A DNA stretch of 45,016 bases from Nitrososphaerota archaeon (GCA_017610265.1 JAFCCH010000010.1:1-45016), one strand, 5' to 3'. Positions 16,565-27,150 are shown, counted from the stretch's first letter. A program made the numbers and translations. Notes: a model not told the origin generated them from the sequence alone.

Positions 16565-17302
16565 ATGCAGGTAATCATTCCGGTTGCAGGATATGCCACA
16601 AGGCTCTTTCCCCTGACAAAAGACAAGCCAAAGGCCTTGCTTGACGTTAAGGGAAAGACAATCCTTGAGCACATTCTGAAACGGATTGAAGACCTTCCAA
16701 ATATTTCAAGCATTTCCATTGTAAGTAATGCCAAGTTCTTTTCTCACTTTGACGACTTTGTCAAAGGCTATAATGCAAAGGTTTCAATAAATGTTTTGAA
16801 CGACGGCACAACAAGTAATGACGACAGGCTTGGGCAGATTGGCGACATTCAGCTTGCAATTGAAGAACAGGGAATTAACGAGGACTTGCTGCTGATTTCA
16901 GGAGACAACTTGTTTAACTTTAGCCTAATGCCTGCCTATAATTTTTTTAAGGAAAAAAATGCAATTGTAAACGCCTTGTATGACATAAAGGATTTGGAGG
17001 CTGCAAAAGAGCTTGGAGTAATGTCAATAGACCCTGTTTCAAGCATTGTCACAGACTTTGAGGAAAAGCCGGTTGAACCAAAGAGCACAAATGTTTCACT
17101 CGGCATTTACTTCTTTCCAAAGGATTCTGTCAAGGAAATAAAGGCCTTTTTGGACAGGGGCGGCAAGCCAGACAAGATAGGCTATCTAATGGCAGAACTA
17201 ACCGGAAAAAAGGCCCTTTTTGGCTTTGTTTACGAGCAAAAATGGTTTGACATAGGTGTTCCAATTGCTTTGGAGAAGGCAAGGAACGAATTTGAGCCAT
17301 AA
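16565..17302 (+). CDS. sugar-phosphate nucleotidyltransferase
   Basis: IPVAGYATRLFPLT..KPKALL, SGDNLF, FEEKP, WFDIG. Confidence 0.9.
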   Translation: MQVIIPVAGYATRLFPLTKDKPKALLDVKGKTILEHILKRIEDLPNISSISIVSNAKFFSHFDDFVKGYNAKVSINVLNDGTTSNDDRLGQIGDIQLAIEEQGINEDLLLISGDNLFNFSLMPAYNFFKEKNAIVNALYDIKDLEAAKELGVMSIDPVSSIVTDFEEKPVEPKSTNVSLGIYFFPKDSVKEIKAFLDRGGKPDKIGYLMAELTGKKALFGFVYEQKWFDIGVPIALEKARNEFEP

Positions 17303-17348
17303 GCCCAATTAAATAATTTTTGTTGCTTTATTATTATAGGTTTTTTTA

Positions 17349-18287
17349 ATGAAAACAATTGTTATCACAGGCGGAGTAGGCTTTATCGGAAGCCACTTAT
17401 GCGAACGACTTTTGAAAGAAGGCAATAAGGTAATTGCAGTTGACAACTTTGTTACAGGCAACAAGGCAAATGTTAATGCCTTTCTCTCAAACGAAAACTT
17501 TTCACTAATTGAACACGATATTACAAAGCCCCTGGAGATTGAAGGAGAGGTTGACCAAATTTTCAATATGGCAAGCCCTGCTTCCCCGGTTGACTTTCCA
17601 AGAATTCCAATTGAAATTCTTTTGACAAACTCTCTTGGAACAAAAAATGTTTTGGATTTTGCTGTTTCAAAGAATGCAAGGATTTTACAGGCTTCAACAA
17701 GTGAGGTTTACGGAAATCCTTTGGAGCACCCTCAAAAGGAAACATATTTTGGAAATGTCAATACAATTGGGCCAAGAAGCTGTTATGATGAAGGAAAAAG
17801 GTTTAGCGAAGCCCTTCTACTGGCCTACAAAAGAAAGAAGAACGCAGACATTCGAATTGTAAGAATTTTCAATACTTATGGCCCAAGAATGAGGCCAAAG
17901 GACGGCAGAGTAATGCCAAATTTCATTAATCAGGCATTGGAAGGCAAGCCATTGACTGTTTACGGCGACGGAAGCCAGACAAGGTCTTTTTGTTTTGTGT
18001 CAGATGAGGCAGATGGCCTGATAAAGCTAATGAATTCTAATTATAACAAACCTGTTAATGTTGGAAATTCAAATGAGATGACAATAAAGCAGCTTGCAGA
18101 ACTTGTGATAAAGCAAATTGAAAGCAAAAGTGAGATTGCTTTTGAGCCATTGCCAGGAGACGACCCTGCAAAGAGAAAGCCGGACATTTCCCTTGCAAAG
18201 AAAGAGCTTGGATGGGAACCAAAAATAAGCCTTGAAGAGGGCTTGGCCAAAACAATTGATTGGTTCAGGCAAAGCGCGGGCAAGTGA
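17349..18287 (+). CDS. UDP-glucuronic acid decarboxylase (UXS-type SDR)
   Basis: TGGVGFIGSHL, ASPASP, ASTSEVYG, GPRSCYDEGKR, RIFNTYGPRM, GDGSQTRSFC. Confidence 0.92.
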   Translation: MKTIVITGGVGFIGSHLCERLLKEGNKVIAVDNFVTGNKANVNAFLSNENFSLIEHDITKPLEIEGEVDQIFNMASPASPVDFPRIPIEILLTNSLGTKNVLDFAVSKNARILQASTSEVYGNPLEHPQKETYFGNVNTIGPRSCYDEGKRFSEALLLAYKRKKNADIRIVRIFNTYGPRMRPKDGRVMPNFINQALEGKPLTVYGDGSQTRSFCFVSDEADGLIKLMNSNYNKPVNVGNSNEMTIKQLAELVIKQIESKSEIAFEPLPGDDPAKRKPDISLAKKELGWEPKISLEEGLAKTIDWFRQSAGK

Positions 18288-18292
18288 TCTAC

Positions 18293-19723
18293 ATGCCTTT
18301 AAAAATATTGCTGATTCATCCCCCTGCCGATATGTCGGTCAAAAAGGTTCGCATTGAAAAGTCCGCAATTGAAAAATTACACGCTGTAACCGCCCCATTG
18401 GGCCTTGCATATCTTGCGGCAATGGTGAAAGACCTTGATGTAAAAGTTCAGATTTTTGACGCAAACCTTTTTCAGGCTTCCCTTGAAGAAATTGGTGAGG
18501 AAATCAAAAAGGCAAAGCCAGATCTTGTTGGCATTGGAGTAACCTCTGCCTCTGGAAAGGCAGGTGGCCAAATTGCAGACCTTTCAAAGGAACTGGCGCC
18601 AAACGCTCTCACTCTAGTTGGAGGGCCACACATTATTGCAACAGGAACTGAGATGATGGAAATCTTTGCAGGAGTTGACATTTTAATTCCGGGAGATGCT
18701 GAAGAGTCTTTCAGGGAGCTTGTTGAAACACTTCTTGCAAAAAAACCTTTGGCAAAGAGCAGGGGCATTATCTTTAGAGACAAGAAAGGCAAGTTTGTAA
18801 AGACCGAGCCGATTCCTTTGAAGCACTTGGATGATTTGCCAATGCCTGAGTGGGATTTGCTGCCTCCGCTGGACAAGTATAATTTCCAGCCCGCAACTTA
18901 CAGGCGACATCCCCATTCTTTTGTGGTTGCAAGCAGGGGCTGCCCTTACAGATGCGTGTTCTGTCATATCAGCAGGTTCAGGCACCAGGTAAGGGTCAGG
19001 TCTCCTGAAAAGATTGTTGAAGAAATAAAGATTTTATATGAAAAATATGGAATCAGGGAATTCAGGTTTGGAGACGAAATATTTACGTTGAACCACAAGT
19101 GGTGCACTGAAATTTGTGATAGGATAATTAAGGCTGGGCTTGATATTTCCTGGACTTGTGACACAAGACCTGACCGAATGTCTGCAGAGCTTGCCAAAAA
19201 GCTTGCTGAAGCAGGCTGCTGGGCTATTTCAATTGGAGTTGAGTCAGGCTCTCAAAAGATTCTTGACAGAATAAAGAAAGACATTACTTTGCAGCAGGTG
19301 GTTGACACAGTCAAGTATGCACATGATGCAGGCATGATTGTAAGGGCTTTCTTCATGCTTGGCTTTCCGTTTGAGACAAGGAATGACATTGAGCAAACAA
19401 TTGACTTTGCAAAAAGGTCAGGCATTGACTTTTCCCAGTTTAGTTACGTTATTCCATTCCCTGGCACTGAAATTTATGACATTTGCCAGGAAAAGGGCAT
19501 TTATGGGAAATACGGTTGGATGGAGTATGATGCATCAGTCTACACAACCCCAACCTGCTTGCCTGACGGCATAACCAAGGAAGAAATGCAGGTTTACTTC
19601 AAAAGAGCTTACAGGGAATTCTATTTCAGGCCAAAGCTTTGGATTAAGGTATTGCTCAGCATTAGAAGCATGACTGATATCGAACGTTACTGGAAGGGCT
19701 TTTGGGGCCTTATTCATGCCTAA
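18293..19723 (+). CDS. B12-binding domain radical SAM protein
   Basis: PLGLAYLAA, VGGPH, SRGCPYRCVFC, GVESGS, PFPGT. Confidence 0.92.
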   Translation: MPLKILLIHPPADMSVKKVRIEKSAIEKLHAVTAPLGLAYLAAMVKDLDVKVQIFDANLFQASLEEIGEEIKKAKPDLVGIGVTSASGKAGGQIADLSKELAPNALTLVGGPHIIATGTEMMEIFAGVDILIPGDAEESFRELVETLLAKKPLAKSRGIIFRDKKGKFVKTEPIPLKHLDDLPMPEWDLLPPLDKYNFQPATYRRHPHSFVVASRGCPYRCVFCHISRFRHQVRVRSPEKIVEEIKILYEKYGIREFRFGDEIFTLNHKWCTEICDRIIKAGLDISWTCDTRPDRMSAELAKKLAEAGCWAISIGVESGSQKILDRIKKDITLQQVVDTVKYAHDAGMIVRAFFMLGFPFETRNDIEQTIDFAKRSGIDFSQFSYVIPFPGTEIYDICQEKGIYGKYGWMEYDASVYTTPTCLPDGITKEEMQVYFKRAYREFYFRPKLWIKVLLSIRSMTDIERYWKGFWGLIHA

Positions 19724-19765
19724 ACATTAAGCGAAAAATCAGATTTTAAGAAACAGGCAAACAAA

Positions 19766-20485
19766 TCAGATTTTGCCTTCTTTCTTCATTCTTTCCCTGA
19801 ACTGGAAAATTTCTTTTACATAGTCCTTTGTGTCAGAAAAAATCTTAACAGTTGACTTGGTCTCGGGATTTTTTTCAAATTCAACAGGAATTTCCTTTAT
19901 CTTCAGGCCCTCGTAATAGGCGATTGCCATTATTTCCGTGTCCCAAAACCAGTGTTTGTTCTTTGTCTGTGCCAGGATTGGAGCAATCTTTTTCTTGTTA
20001 AAAAATTTACAGCCTGACTCAGTGTCTTTTAACTTAATTTTCAAAAGAACCCGTGTAAACTTGTTGTAGCCTCGGCTTAACACAAATCGATGAATGTTTT
20101 TCCAAGTAATCTTGGTGTGCCTGTCTCCAATTGAAACGTCAAAGCCGTTGTCAATTGCTTCAACAAGTTTTGGAATGTATTTTTCGCTTACCTCCAAGTC
20201 AATGTCAAGGAAGCCGACAATTTCTCCCCTGGCTTTGGCAATTGCGTCTTTTACCGTCTGACCACGGCCCTGGTTGACTGTGTGAAAGTAAGCCTTGGCA
20301 TTTGAATTTTCTGCGGCAATCTTCCTGATGTTGTCTGCCGTTTTGTCTGTGCTTTTGTCGTCGAAGAGAATTATTTCAAACGGCCTGTTCATTTTGCCAA
20401 GCAAGTTCTCCAGCCTTTTGACTGCCTTGAAAATAAATTCTCCTTCATTGTAGCATGGGATTGTGAGGCTTACCATTTTCTTCAT
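19766..20485 (-). CDS. GT2, polyprenyl-phosphate glycosyltransferase type (DPM1/ArnC-like)
   Basis: IPCYNE, DDKSTD, NQGRG, DIDLE, DTESGCK, WFWDTEI. Confidence 0.88.
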   Translation of the reverse strand: MKKMVSLTIPCYNEGEFIFKAVKRLENLLGKMNRPFEIILFDDKSTDKTADNIRKIAAENSNAKAYFHTVNQGRGQTVKDAIAKARGEIVGFLDIDLEVSEKYIPKLVEAIDNGFDVSIGDRHTKITWKNIHRFVLSRGYNKFTRVLLKIKLKDTESGCKFFNKKKIAPILAQTKNKHWFWDTEIMAIAYYEGLKIKEIPVEFEKNPETKSTVKIFSDTKDYVKEIFQFRERMKKEGKI

Positions 20486-20494
20486 TTAATCACA

Positions 20495-21688
20495 TTATTT
20501 TTTGTAAAAGTCAAGCACTTTTGTAATGGAGGTTATTACGTCTTCAACATCCTGGTCTGAAAGTTTTGGAGACAAAGGCAAAGAAATTGTCCGGTCTGAA
20601 ATAAATTTCGCGTTTGGAAACTGCTCTTGCTTAAATCCAAAAGTGTCTATGTAATACCTGTGCAAATGCAGTGAAATAAAGTGAATGCCTGTGCCTATGT
20701 TCTCTTTGTGAAGGGCTTGTTGCAAAAAGTTTCTGCCCTTTTTCAGTTTTTCCAAATCAAGCAGTGGAGTATAAAGATGCCTTGCGTGCCTTGTGTTCTC
20801 CTCGGTTTTTGCAGGAAGGAACACAGGCAAGTCCTCAAATGCCTCATTGTATTTCTTCCAGATTTTTTCCCTTTTCTTTAAATTTTTTTCAACCCTTGCA
20901 AGTTGGTGAATGCCGAGAGCTGCCTGCATGTCCATCATGTTAAATTTGTAGCCTGGAAAAACAACTTCGTAGTGCTTAAAGCCCTCGTCGCTGTATCTTT
21001 GCCATGCTCCCTTGCTTAAACCATGTAATGCATATTTTTCAATATCTTCAGCCCACTTACCATTGTTTGTGGCAACCATTCCACCTTCTCCGCATACAAC
21101 GTTTTTTGTCGCATAGAAAGAGAACGCCGTTAAATCTGAAATATTTCCAATCTTTTTGCCCTTGTATTTGGCTTCAACTGCATGGGCAGCGTCTTCTATT
21201 ACAAGCAGGCTGTTGTCTTTGGCAATCCTTTGGATTTCGTCCATGTTACAGGGCCTTCCTGCAAGGTGTACTGGAATTATTGCTTTGGTTTTCTTTGTAA
21301 CTGCTTTCTCAACAAGGTTTGGATCAATGTTCATTGTGTTCTTTTCAACATCAACAAAGACCGGCTTTGCCCCTGCGTGCAGTATAACATTTGCTGTTGA
21401 GGAAAATGTAAGCGGTGTTGTAATGACTTCGTCACCTGGCTTTATTCCTGAGACAATCAATGAGAGAAACATGCCTGCTGTGCAGCTGTTCAATGCTTTT
21501 GTGTGCTTGCAGCCAATGTATTCTTTAAAATCTTTTTCAAAGCGCAGTACTTTTGGGCCTGTTCCAATCCAGCTTTTCTTTAAGCTGTCGACAACCTCGT
21601 CTATTTCTGGCTGTAGTATTTCAGGGCTGCCAAAGACAAGATATTCTTCTCTTACAGGCTTTCCTCCTTCTATTGCAGGTTTTTTCAT
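20495..21688 (-). CDS. DegT/DnrJ/EryC1/StrS sugar aminotransferase, ArnB-like
   Basis: WIGTGPKV, TKAIIPVH, IEDAAHA, FSFYATKN (PLP Lys), GEGG, HGL, PGYKFNM, IGTGIHF, SLPL. Confidence 0.92.
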   Translation of the reverse strand: MKKPAIEGGKPVREEYLVFGSPEILQPEIDEVVDSLKKSWIGTGPKVLRFEKDFKEYIGCKHTKALNSCTAGMFLSLIVSGIKPGDEVITTPLTFSSTANVILHAGAKPVFVDVEKNTMNIDPNLVEKAVTKKTKAIIPVHLAGRPCNMDEIQRIAKDNSLLVIEDAAHAVEAKYKGKKIGNISDLTAFSFYATKNVVCGEGGMVATNNGKWAEDIEKYALHGLSKGAWQRYSDEGFKHYEVVFPGYKFNMMDMQAALGIHQLARVEKNLKKREKIWKKYNEAFEDLPVFLPAKTEENTRHARHLYTPLLDLEKLKKGRNFLQQALHKENIGTGIHFISLHLHRYYIDTFGFKQEQFPNAKFISDRTISLPLSPKLSDQDVEDVITSITKVLDFYKK

Positions 21689-21845
21689 TGAGTCCTTTCC
21701 TAAATTTGTGTTTTTTGCTTAAGCATTACTTACTCTGTGAATTTAATGAATTGAGCTAAAAAGCATTAAAAATCATAACGTTATCAGAATTGTACCAAAC
21801 TTTTTTGCGATGCTTTTTATTACTATTGTCTTAATGGATTTTTAT

Positions 21846-22364
21846 ATGCCGGTCAACGAAATGCCCTATGATCACTGGAATCCGCTTGTAAGGTTTTACT
21901 TTAATGGCATCCTAAAGAAGGCCGTTAAACTTGCAGACCTTAAGACAGGGGAAACAGTGCTTGACTTTGGCTGCGAAAGCCAACAGCTCAAGAAATTTAT
22001 TCCAAAGGGTGTGAAATATGTGGGATTTGACATTGTTCCGGGAAATTCAGATCTCAAGGATTATAGGCAGGCAAGGCCAAACGTTGTTTTTGCTTTAAGC
22101 GTGTTGGAACACCTTGAGGAAAAGGAACTTGAATATACTTTAAATGACTTTAAGCAAATGGGTGTCAAAAAGCTTGTTGTAAGCTTGCCGACAGAACACT
22201 TCATTTCAAAGATTTTGGCCTGGCTTCATGGTTTTAGTGAAGAACACGAGGACGAGCACAAAACAAACTGGAAAAGCGTTTACAAAATTCTTTCAAGCAG
22301 GTTAAAGCAGGAAAAAACAGCCGGCTTTTACACAATGCAAAAAATGAGTGTCTGGGCTCTTTAA
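21846..22364 (+). CDS. short class I SAM-dependent methyltransferase
   Basis: VLDFGCE, YVGFDI, LSVLEHL; ATG 21846 preferred (21810 possible). Confidence 0.8.
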   Translation: MPVNEMPYDHWNPLVRFYFNGILKKAVKLADLKTGETVLDFGCESQQLKKFIPKGVKYVGFDIVPGNSDLKDYRQARPNVVFALSVLEHLEEKELEYTLNDFKQMGVKKLVVSLPTEHFISKILAWLHGFSEEHEDEHKTNWKSVYKILSSRLKQEKTAGFYTMQKMSVWAL

Positions 22365-22412
22365 TTGAAAACAATTCTAACAGATAATTTAATGGTGAAT
22401 TTTTAGGGGTGA

Positions 22413-23885
22413 ATGATTATGTCTGAACAACTTTTGTCCTCGGTAAAAAACAAGACAATTTTTGGAATGATTGCCTTATTCCTTGTTTTAATGGTTGCAA
22501 ACCTTCTTCTTTCAAGGCCCAATCCAGATGAAGGAATTCATATGATGGGCGGGTGGCTTTTGCTGAATGGAACAGTCCTTTACTCAGAGCTTTTCTCAAT
22601 GTATGCTCCTGGAAGCTATTTTATTCTTGCGGCATTCTATTCCTTGTTTCCTGCAGACTTTGTTGTAAGTAGGCTTTTGATGCTTGCAGTAAACCTTGGT
22701 TCTCTTGTAGCATTCTTTGCCTTGTGCAGAAAGCTTTTGGACGAAAGGGCTTCCTTGATTGCGTTATTTTTCTACGTGGTCTGGAGTGTTTTTACAATTT
22801 CCTGGAATGTTCTAATGGAACCATTTATGACACTTTTTGCAATTCTTTTGGTTTACTTTGTCTTAACCTATCTTGAATCAAAAAAGCTTCAGGATCTTGC
22901 TCTTGCAGGCCTGTTTATTGCAAGCATTGTCATGATGAAGCAGACAATGCTGTTCTTTTCAACAGCCGCATTGTTTTTCCTAATCATTAAGGCAAGGCCT
23001 TCCCTCAAAGAGTATGCGGTTTTAGGAGTTTCCTATGCCCTGCTTCCCTTGCTTTTTCTTTACTACCTTTTTTCAAACAATGCCTTTTTTGACTTTGTTG
23101 ACCAGGCAATTCTTTACAACCTTGCCCACTCTTCGCTTTTTGCTTTTAGGTTTCACCTTGGCTGGATTGCGGTAACTGCCTTGTTTGTCTCGGTCTTTGC
23201 ACTTGCTGCTCTTTTGTTTCTTTCAAAAAAGCTTAGAATCAAGAAGGACAAGGGTCAGCTTTTGTTTATTTGGATTGTTTTAACTCTTCCAACCTTGCTG
23301 CCTGTTCTTGGCTGCTGCCACCACCACCTGCCTTTGGTGCCTGGCTTTGTGATTCTTTTCACCCTTGCCTTTGACTCTGTTTTCTTCAAAGGAGACGGCT
23401 TTAGCCTTAAGGGCTTTGATGCAAAGCCTTTACTGAAAGGATTTTTGGCTTTGGTTTTTGTGGCAAGCATTGTGGGTTCAGGTATTTACCTTTCACAATA
23501 CTTTTTCCAAAATGATTTCGAGGACTTGTTTGAAGTAGCTGAATTTGTTAATGAAAATAGTTCTCCTGAGGACAAAATTCATGTAACCTACTGGGATGAA
23601 GAAGTTTACTTCTTTGCCTTAAGAAAGCCGGCCACAAGATACCTTTACCACCCATTTTTGTTTGAGGCAGAGGAAAAGGCATTTCAGGCAGAGGTTGTTC
23701 AGGCACTTGAGGATGAAAAAGCAATTTTCGTGGTGGACTTTGCAAGAGACGATGAACCCATGCAAAGCGAGGGAGAAATGTCAGAATATATCCTTGAAAA
23801 TTACTCTCTTGTAAAAACACAGGAAATGGATCCTGCTCTCTACAACACTTTTAACTATGGCTTTGTTTTGCAGAGAAACGAGTAA
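22413..23885 (+). CDS. GT-C membrane glycosyltransferase (ArnT/PMT_2-like)
   Basis: TM1 followed by NPDEGIH, ..LY...YAPG, many TM helices, KQ motif and a soluble C-terminal domain; SD GGGGTGA. Confidence 0.8.
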   Translation: MIMSEQLLSSVKNKTIFGMIALFLVLMVANLLLSRPNPDEGIHMMGGWLLLNGTVLYSELFSMYAPGSYFILAAFYSLFPADFVVSRLLMLAVNLGSLVAFFALCRKLLDERASLIALFFYVVWSVFTISWNVLMEPFMTLFAILLVYFVLTYLESKKLQDLALAGLFIASIVMMKQTMLFFSTAALFFLIIKARPSLKEYAVLGVSYALLPLLFLYYLFSNNAFFDFVDQAILYNLAHSSLFAFRFHLGWIAVTALFVSVFALAALLFLSKKLRIKKDKGQLLFIWIVLTLPTLLPVLGCCHHHLPLVPGFVILFTLAFDSVFFKGDGFSLKGFDAKPLLKGFLALVFVASIVGSGIYLSQYFFQNDFEDLFEVAEFVNENSSPEDKIHVTYWDEEVYFFALRKPATRYLYHPFLFEAEEKAFQAEVVQALEDEKAIFVVDFARDDEPMQSEGEMSEYILENYSLVKTQEMDPALYNTFNYGFVLQRNE

Positions 23886-23908
23886 CGGCTTTTCTTTAAG
23901 AAAAAGAA

Positions 23909-24637
23909 TTAGTCTCGCCCAAGCTTTCTTAATTCAGTGAGCCTTCTTTTCTTCAAGCTTAAAACGCTTCCAAACAGGCTGAGGGCTGCTGAAAAAATGT
24001 TCAAAGTACTTCCTCTAAAACCGTAATCACCCTCGATTGGAACTTCCTTTACACTGAAGCCAAGCCATTCACACACCATTAATATTTCAGTGTCCCAAAA
24101 CCATTGCTCGTCTTTTACAAAGGGCAATGCTTTTTTGATTGCTCTTTTTTTGAATCCCTTCATGCCACCCTGATAATCCCTTATCTTTCCACCAAGGATT
24201 ATTCTGACAATTAGGTTGTAGCTTCTTCCCAAAAACTTTCTCGTAAAAGGGCTTTTGAATTCAGACTTTGGATTGTGCTTGCTTGTAATTGCAATGTCGT
24301 AGCCTGACTGGATTTTTTTAACAATTTCTCCAATATATTTAGGCCCTATTTCAAGGTCTGCGTCTGTGTAAATTTGAATTGCTCCCTGTGCCTTTCCGAA
24401 GCCAATTGACAAAGCCCTTCCCTTGCCAACTCTTTCAGCCCTGTAAACAACACTTACTCTCTTGTCCTTTGCCGCAATTTCTTTTGCAACTTTAAGAGTA
24501 TTGTCGGGATTTTTTCCGGTAACAATCAGAATTTCGTAGTCTTTTGAAAAGCGCTGTATTTCAAGGCTTACGTCCTTGACGGTTTTTTCCAAAAATCTTT
24601 CAGATTTATAAGCCGGAATTACTACTGACAACATCAT
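23909..24637 (-). CDS. GT2, polyprenyl-phosphate glycosyltransferase type
   Basis: VVIPAY, GKGRAL, DADLE, DYQGGMKGF, WFWDTEI; paralogue of 19766..20485. Confidence 0.87.
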   Translation of the reverse strand: MMLSVVIPAYKSERFLEKTVKDVSLEIQRFSKDYEILIVTGKNPDNTLKVAKEIAAKDKRVSVVYRAERVGKGRALSIGFGKAQGAIQIYTDADLEIGPKYIGEIVKKIQSGYDIAITSKHNPKSEFKSPFTRKFLGRSYNLIVRIILGGKIRDYQGGMKGFKKRAIKKALPFVKDEQWFWDTEILMVCEWLGFSVKEVPIEGDYGFRGSTLNIFSAALSLFGSVLSLKKRRLTELRKLGRD

Positions 24638-24686
24638 ACTGCTTCACTATCTATGAATATTAAAAACCTTTAAATGATTTGCCTGT

Positions 24687-26345
24687 CTATGGGCAGGTTT
24701 CTCTTGCAAAAACAACAAGCATGTCATACTTTCCGTTCTCAATTGTTCTGCATCTCTTAAATTTCTGTAATGCTTGATTTAATTCATTCTCAGGCTCTTC
24801 TAAGAGCTCTGGCACAACCAAAGCATAGTCTGCTTTCTCAAAATCGCTTGGTTCTGCAATCACAAGTTTTCTTTTCTCTTGAAAAAGGGCTTCAACACTT
24901 GCATCAGGTGTGAAAATTTTGTCAAACAACGGCTTTCTGATTGACAAATCATATTTGTAAATTTCTTTGTAATAATTTGCTGTAAAATATGCCTCTTTAG
25001 TGTAAACAATAGAGTCTTCCGGAATGCTTGTAACAAATTCTGAAATTCCCTTAAAGTCGTGGACCATGACAACATTAATGCTTCCAACAAGGAAGACTGC
25101 CACAAGAAGGCCTGCAATCATTTGCCTTGTTCTTGGAAATTTCTTTATTGAAGCAAGCATAAAGCTTACAAGCATTATCGCAGGCAACTCGTATCCAAGT
25201 GCCCTGTTGGTCCTCTTCATGGTTAAAACACTAAAGAAGAACACAAACGCTCCGATTCCAATTAAGAGAATAGATGCTAGTTCATAATTTTTGCTCTTAA
25301 ATGCATGGTATGCCGCAAATGGCAATGCAAACGCAAGCAAAAGCATAAAAAACGGCGAGTAAAAGAAGTTCATTACCTTAAACAGGAACAAAAAGTCCTC
25401 GCTTGGAAGACCCTCTGTTTCAACAGCCTCTGCAATCGGTGCGCTCATATGGGCTTCTGTCAAATCCCATCTTTCCCCTCCACCTCTTTCCTCCCAACCT
25501 CTTGCACTCTCAAACTGGTTTAGGATAAGAGGAGTGTAAAAAAGCACTACTGTAATTATAAGTGTTGCAAAGATTGCAACATTTTTTTTGTTCTCCTTTT
25601 TCAAAAGCTTTTCTTTGTTAATCCAGGCAATTCCTGCAAAGAATGGAATAATAATGAGGGTTGGAAACCTTGTTGCAAAGGCAAGCCCTGCAAGTGCTCC
25701 TGCAAGAGGCAAAAGGTTTGGCTTTTTTTGGGCTTCGAAGAAAACTGCAAGTGAGGCAAATGCAAGGAACCATCCAAGCGGTCCAAGGAATGACGTGGCT
25801 GACATAAAAACATTGTATGGGGAAAACAGAATCAATGCAAATGCAAGAAAGCCTGCATTTTTGTTCCACTTGCGTCCTATGAAAAGGCCGACAAATGCAA
25901 GCCCAACCATTGCAAGGCTTGAAACAAGTTCTCCTGCGATGTTTGGCGCAAGGCCTGTAACAAAAATTGTGGCTGCTGTTGTCAGCACAAATAAGGGAGG
26001 GGGAGCCTGCATCAAATAAGGAATTCCCAAGCCGAATTTGGCAATCAAAAGAACAGCTGCGATGGCAATTGTTGCCTTAAAACTTCTTTTGATAATTATA
26101 AGATATGCCGAGGCGATTGCAATTACCGCAAGAACAACTGCTACAAGGGGGGCGCTCCATAAAAGATAGGCAATTTTGTATGCATAAGTTACAAAGAAGA
26201 CCTCGTCTCCGCTTATGTCTGTTGAATTGATAAAGAAAAGCCTCAAAGCTATTCCAATAAATGTAATTACTGCAAGGCCGATGAATGTCTGCCTGTCTTC
26301 CTTGTAAAATTTCTTTAGCTTGTCAGCCACGTCCTTTAAGCACAT
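24687..26345 (-). CDS. GT-C membrane glycosyltransferase (ArnT/PMT_2-like)
   Basis: IALRL...SGDEVFF after TM1, PPLF, GLAFATR, many TM helices, soluble C-terminal domain. Confidence 0.75.
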   Translation of the reverse strand: MCLKDVADKLKKFYKEDRQTFIGLAVITFIGIALRLFFINSTDISGDEVFFVTYAYKIAYLLWSAPLVAVVLAVIAIASAYLIIIKRSFKATIAIAAVLLIAKFGLGIPYLMQAPPPLFVLTTAATIFVTGLAPNIAGELVSSLAMVGLAFVGLFIGRKWNKNAGFLAFALILFSPYNVFMSATSFLGPLGWFLAFASLAVFFEAQKKPNLLPLAGALAGLAFATRFPTLIIIPFFAGIAWINKEKLLKKENKKNVAIFATLIITVVLFYTPLILNQFESARGWEERGGGERWDLTEAHMSAPIAEAVETEGLPSEDFLFLFKVMNFFYSPFFMLLLAFALPFAAYHAFKSKNYELASILLIGIGAFVFFFSVLTMKRTNRALGYELPAIMLVSFMLASIKKFPRTRQMIAGLLVAVFLVGSINVVMVHDFKGISEFVTSIPEDSIVYTKEAYFTANYYKEIYKYDLSIRKPLFDKIFTPDASVEALFQEKRKLVIAEPSDFEKADYALVVPELLEEPENELNQALQKFKRCRTIENGKYDMLVVFARETCP

Positions 26346-27150
26346 TTAAATCACGCGTCCGCCTTTTTCCCTGAACTCTTTCCAGTGTTCTTTTGTTGGC
26401 CAGCTATAATAGCTTGGCTTGTTTCCCTTGTCAACTTTTGAAAAGTCCTGGTTTCTCACCTTATCAAGGGCCTCAAACAATGCTTCAACACTTTCATCAA
26501 AGCACTTTGAATAGAGTTCGTGCAATGTTTCGTTTCCGTGAATTGGAACCTTTCTTTGCGCCAAAACTTTTCCTTTGTCAATCTCGTGTTCCATTGTGTG
26601 AATTGATGTGCCTGTAAACTTTTCCCCTTTTCTAAAGGCCTGTAAGACAGGAAGCACTCCTCCATATGATGGGAGAAGGGCAGAGTGCCTGTTGAGGCAG
26701 CATATCTTTGGCAATGCTAAAATTTCCTTGCCGAAAATCCAATGCTAAAATTTCCTTGCCGAAAATCAATGGGTTTGAACTGATTATTACGTCTGGCTCA
26801 AATCCCCTCATTTTGAAAATGTATTCCTTTTTGTTGATGTCTTCTTTTACCCTGAAAAAAGGAATGTGAAAAAATTCAAGCACTGACTTTACCGAATAAA
26901 ATTTTGAGTTGGCATTCTTTTGTTGAAAGGCATTTTTTGACTTCATGTCCGCTTTTGTCCAAGCCATTTTTGCAAGCTCTTCAGGTGTAAAGTAATTCAA
27001 ATGCTTTAAGAAATATCTTTCAATATTGTTTTTCTTTGGAACCTTTGTTACAAGCGCGACTCCGACAACCTTGTCCTTGGTTCGCCTGAGAAAATCCGCA
27101 AAAAATTCAGGATGGTAAATGCCCTCGTCCAAGACAAAGAAAAGCCTCAT
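26346..27150 (-). pseudogene. formyltransferase (about 258 aa) frameshifted by a 28-bp tandem duplication
   Basis: Removing one repeat unit joins ...PDVIISSNPLIFGKEILAL to PKICCLNRHSALLPSYGG...GTSIH..EIDKG (N-x-H and D formyltransferase residues); 805-28=777 nt. Confidence 0.88.
26712..26767. repeat. perfect 28-bp tandem duplication
   Basis: caatgctaaaatttccttgccgaaaatc at 26712-26739 and 26740-26767. Confidence 0.97.

Noticed and set aside
26712-26767. CRISPR repeat
   Set aside because: Two adjacent units with no spacer, inside a coding sequence; no cas genes or arrays seen in the window
26346-27150. Methionyl-tRNA formyltransferase or PurN
   Set aside because: Lacks the Fmt C-terminal domain, archaea do not formylate initiator tRNA, and the context is glycan genes
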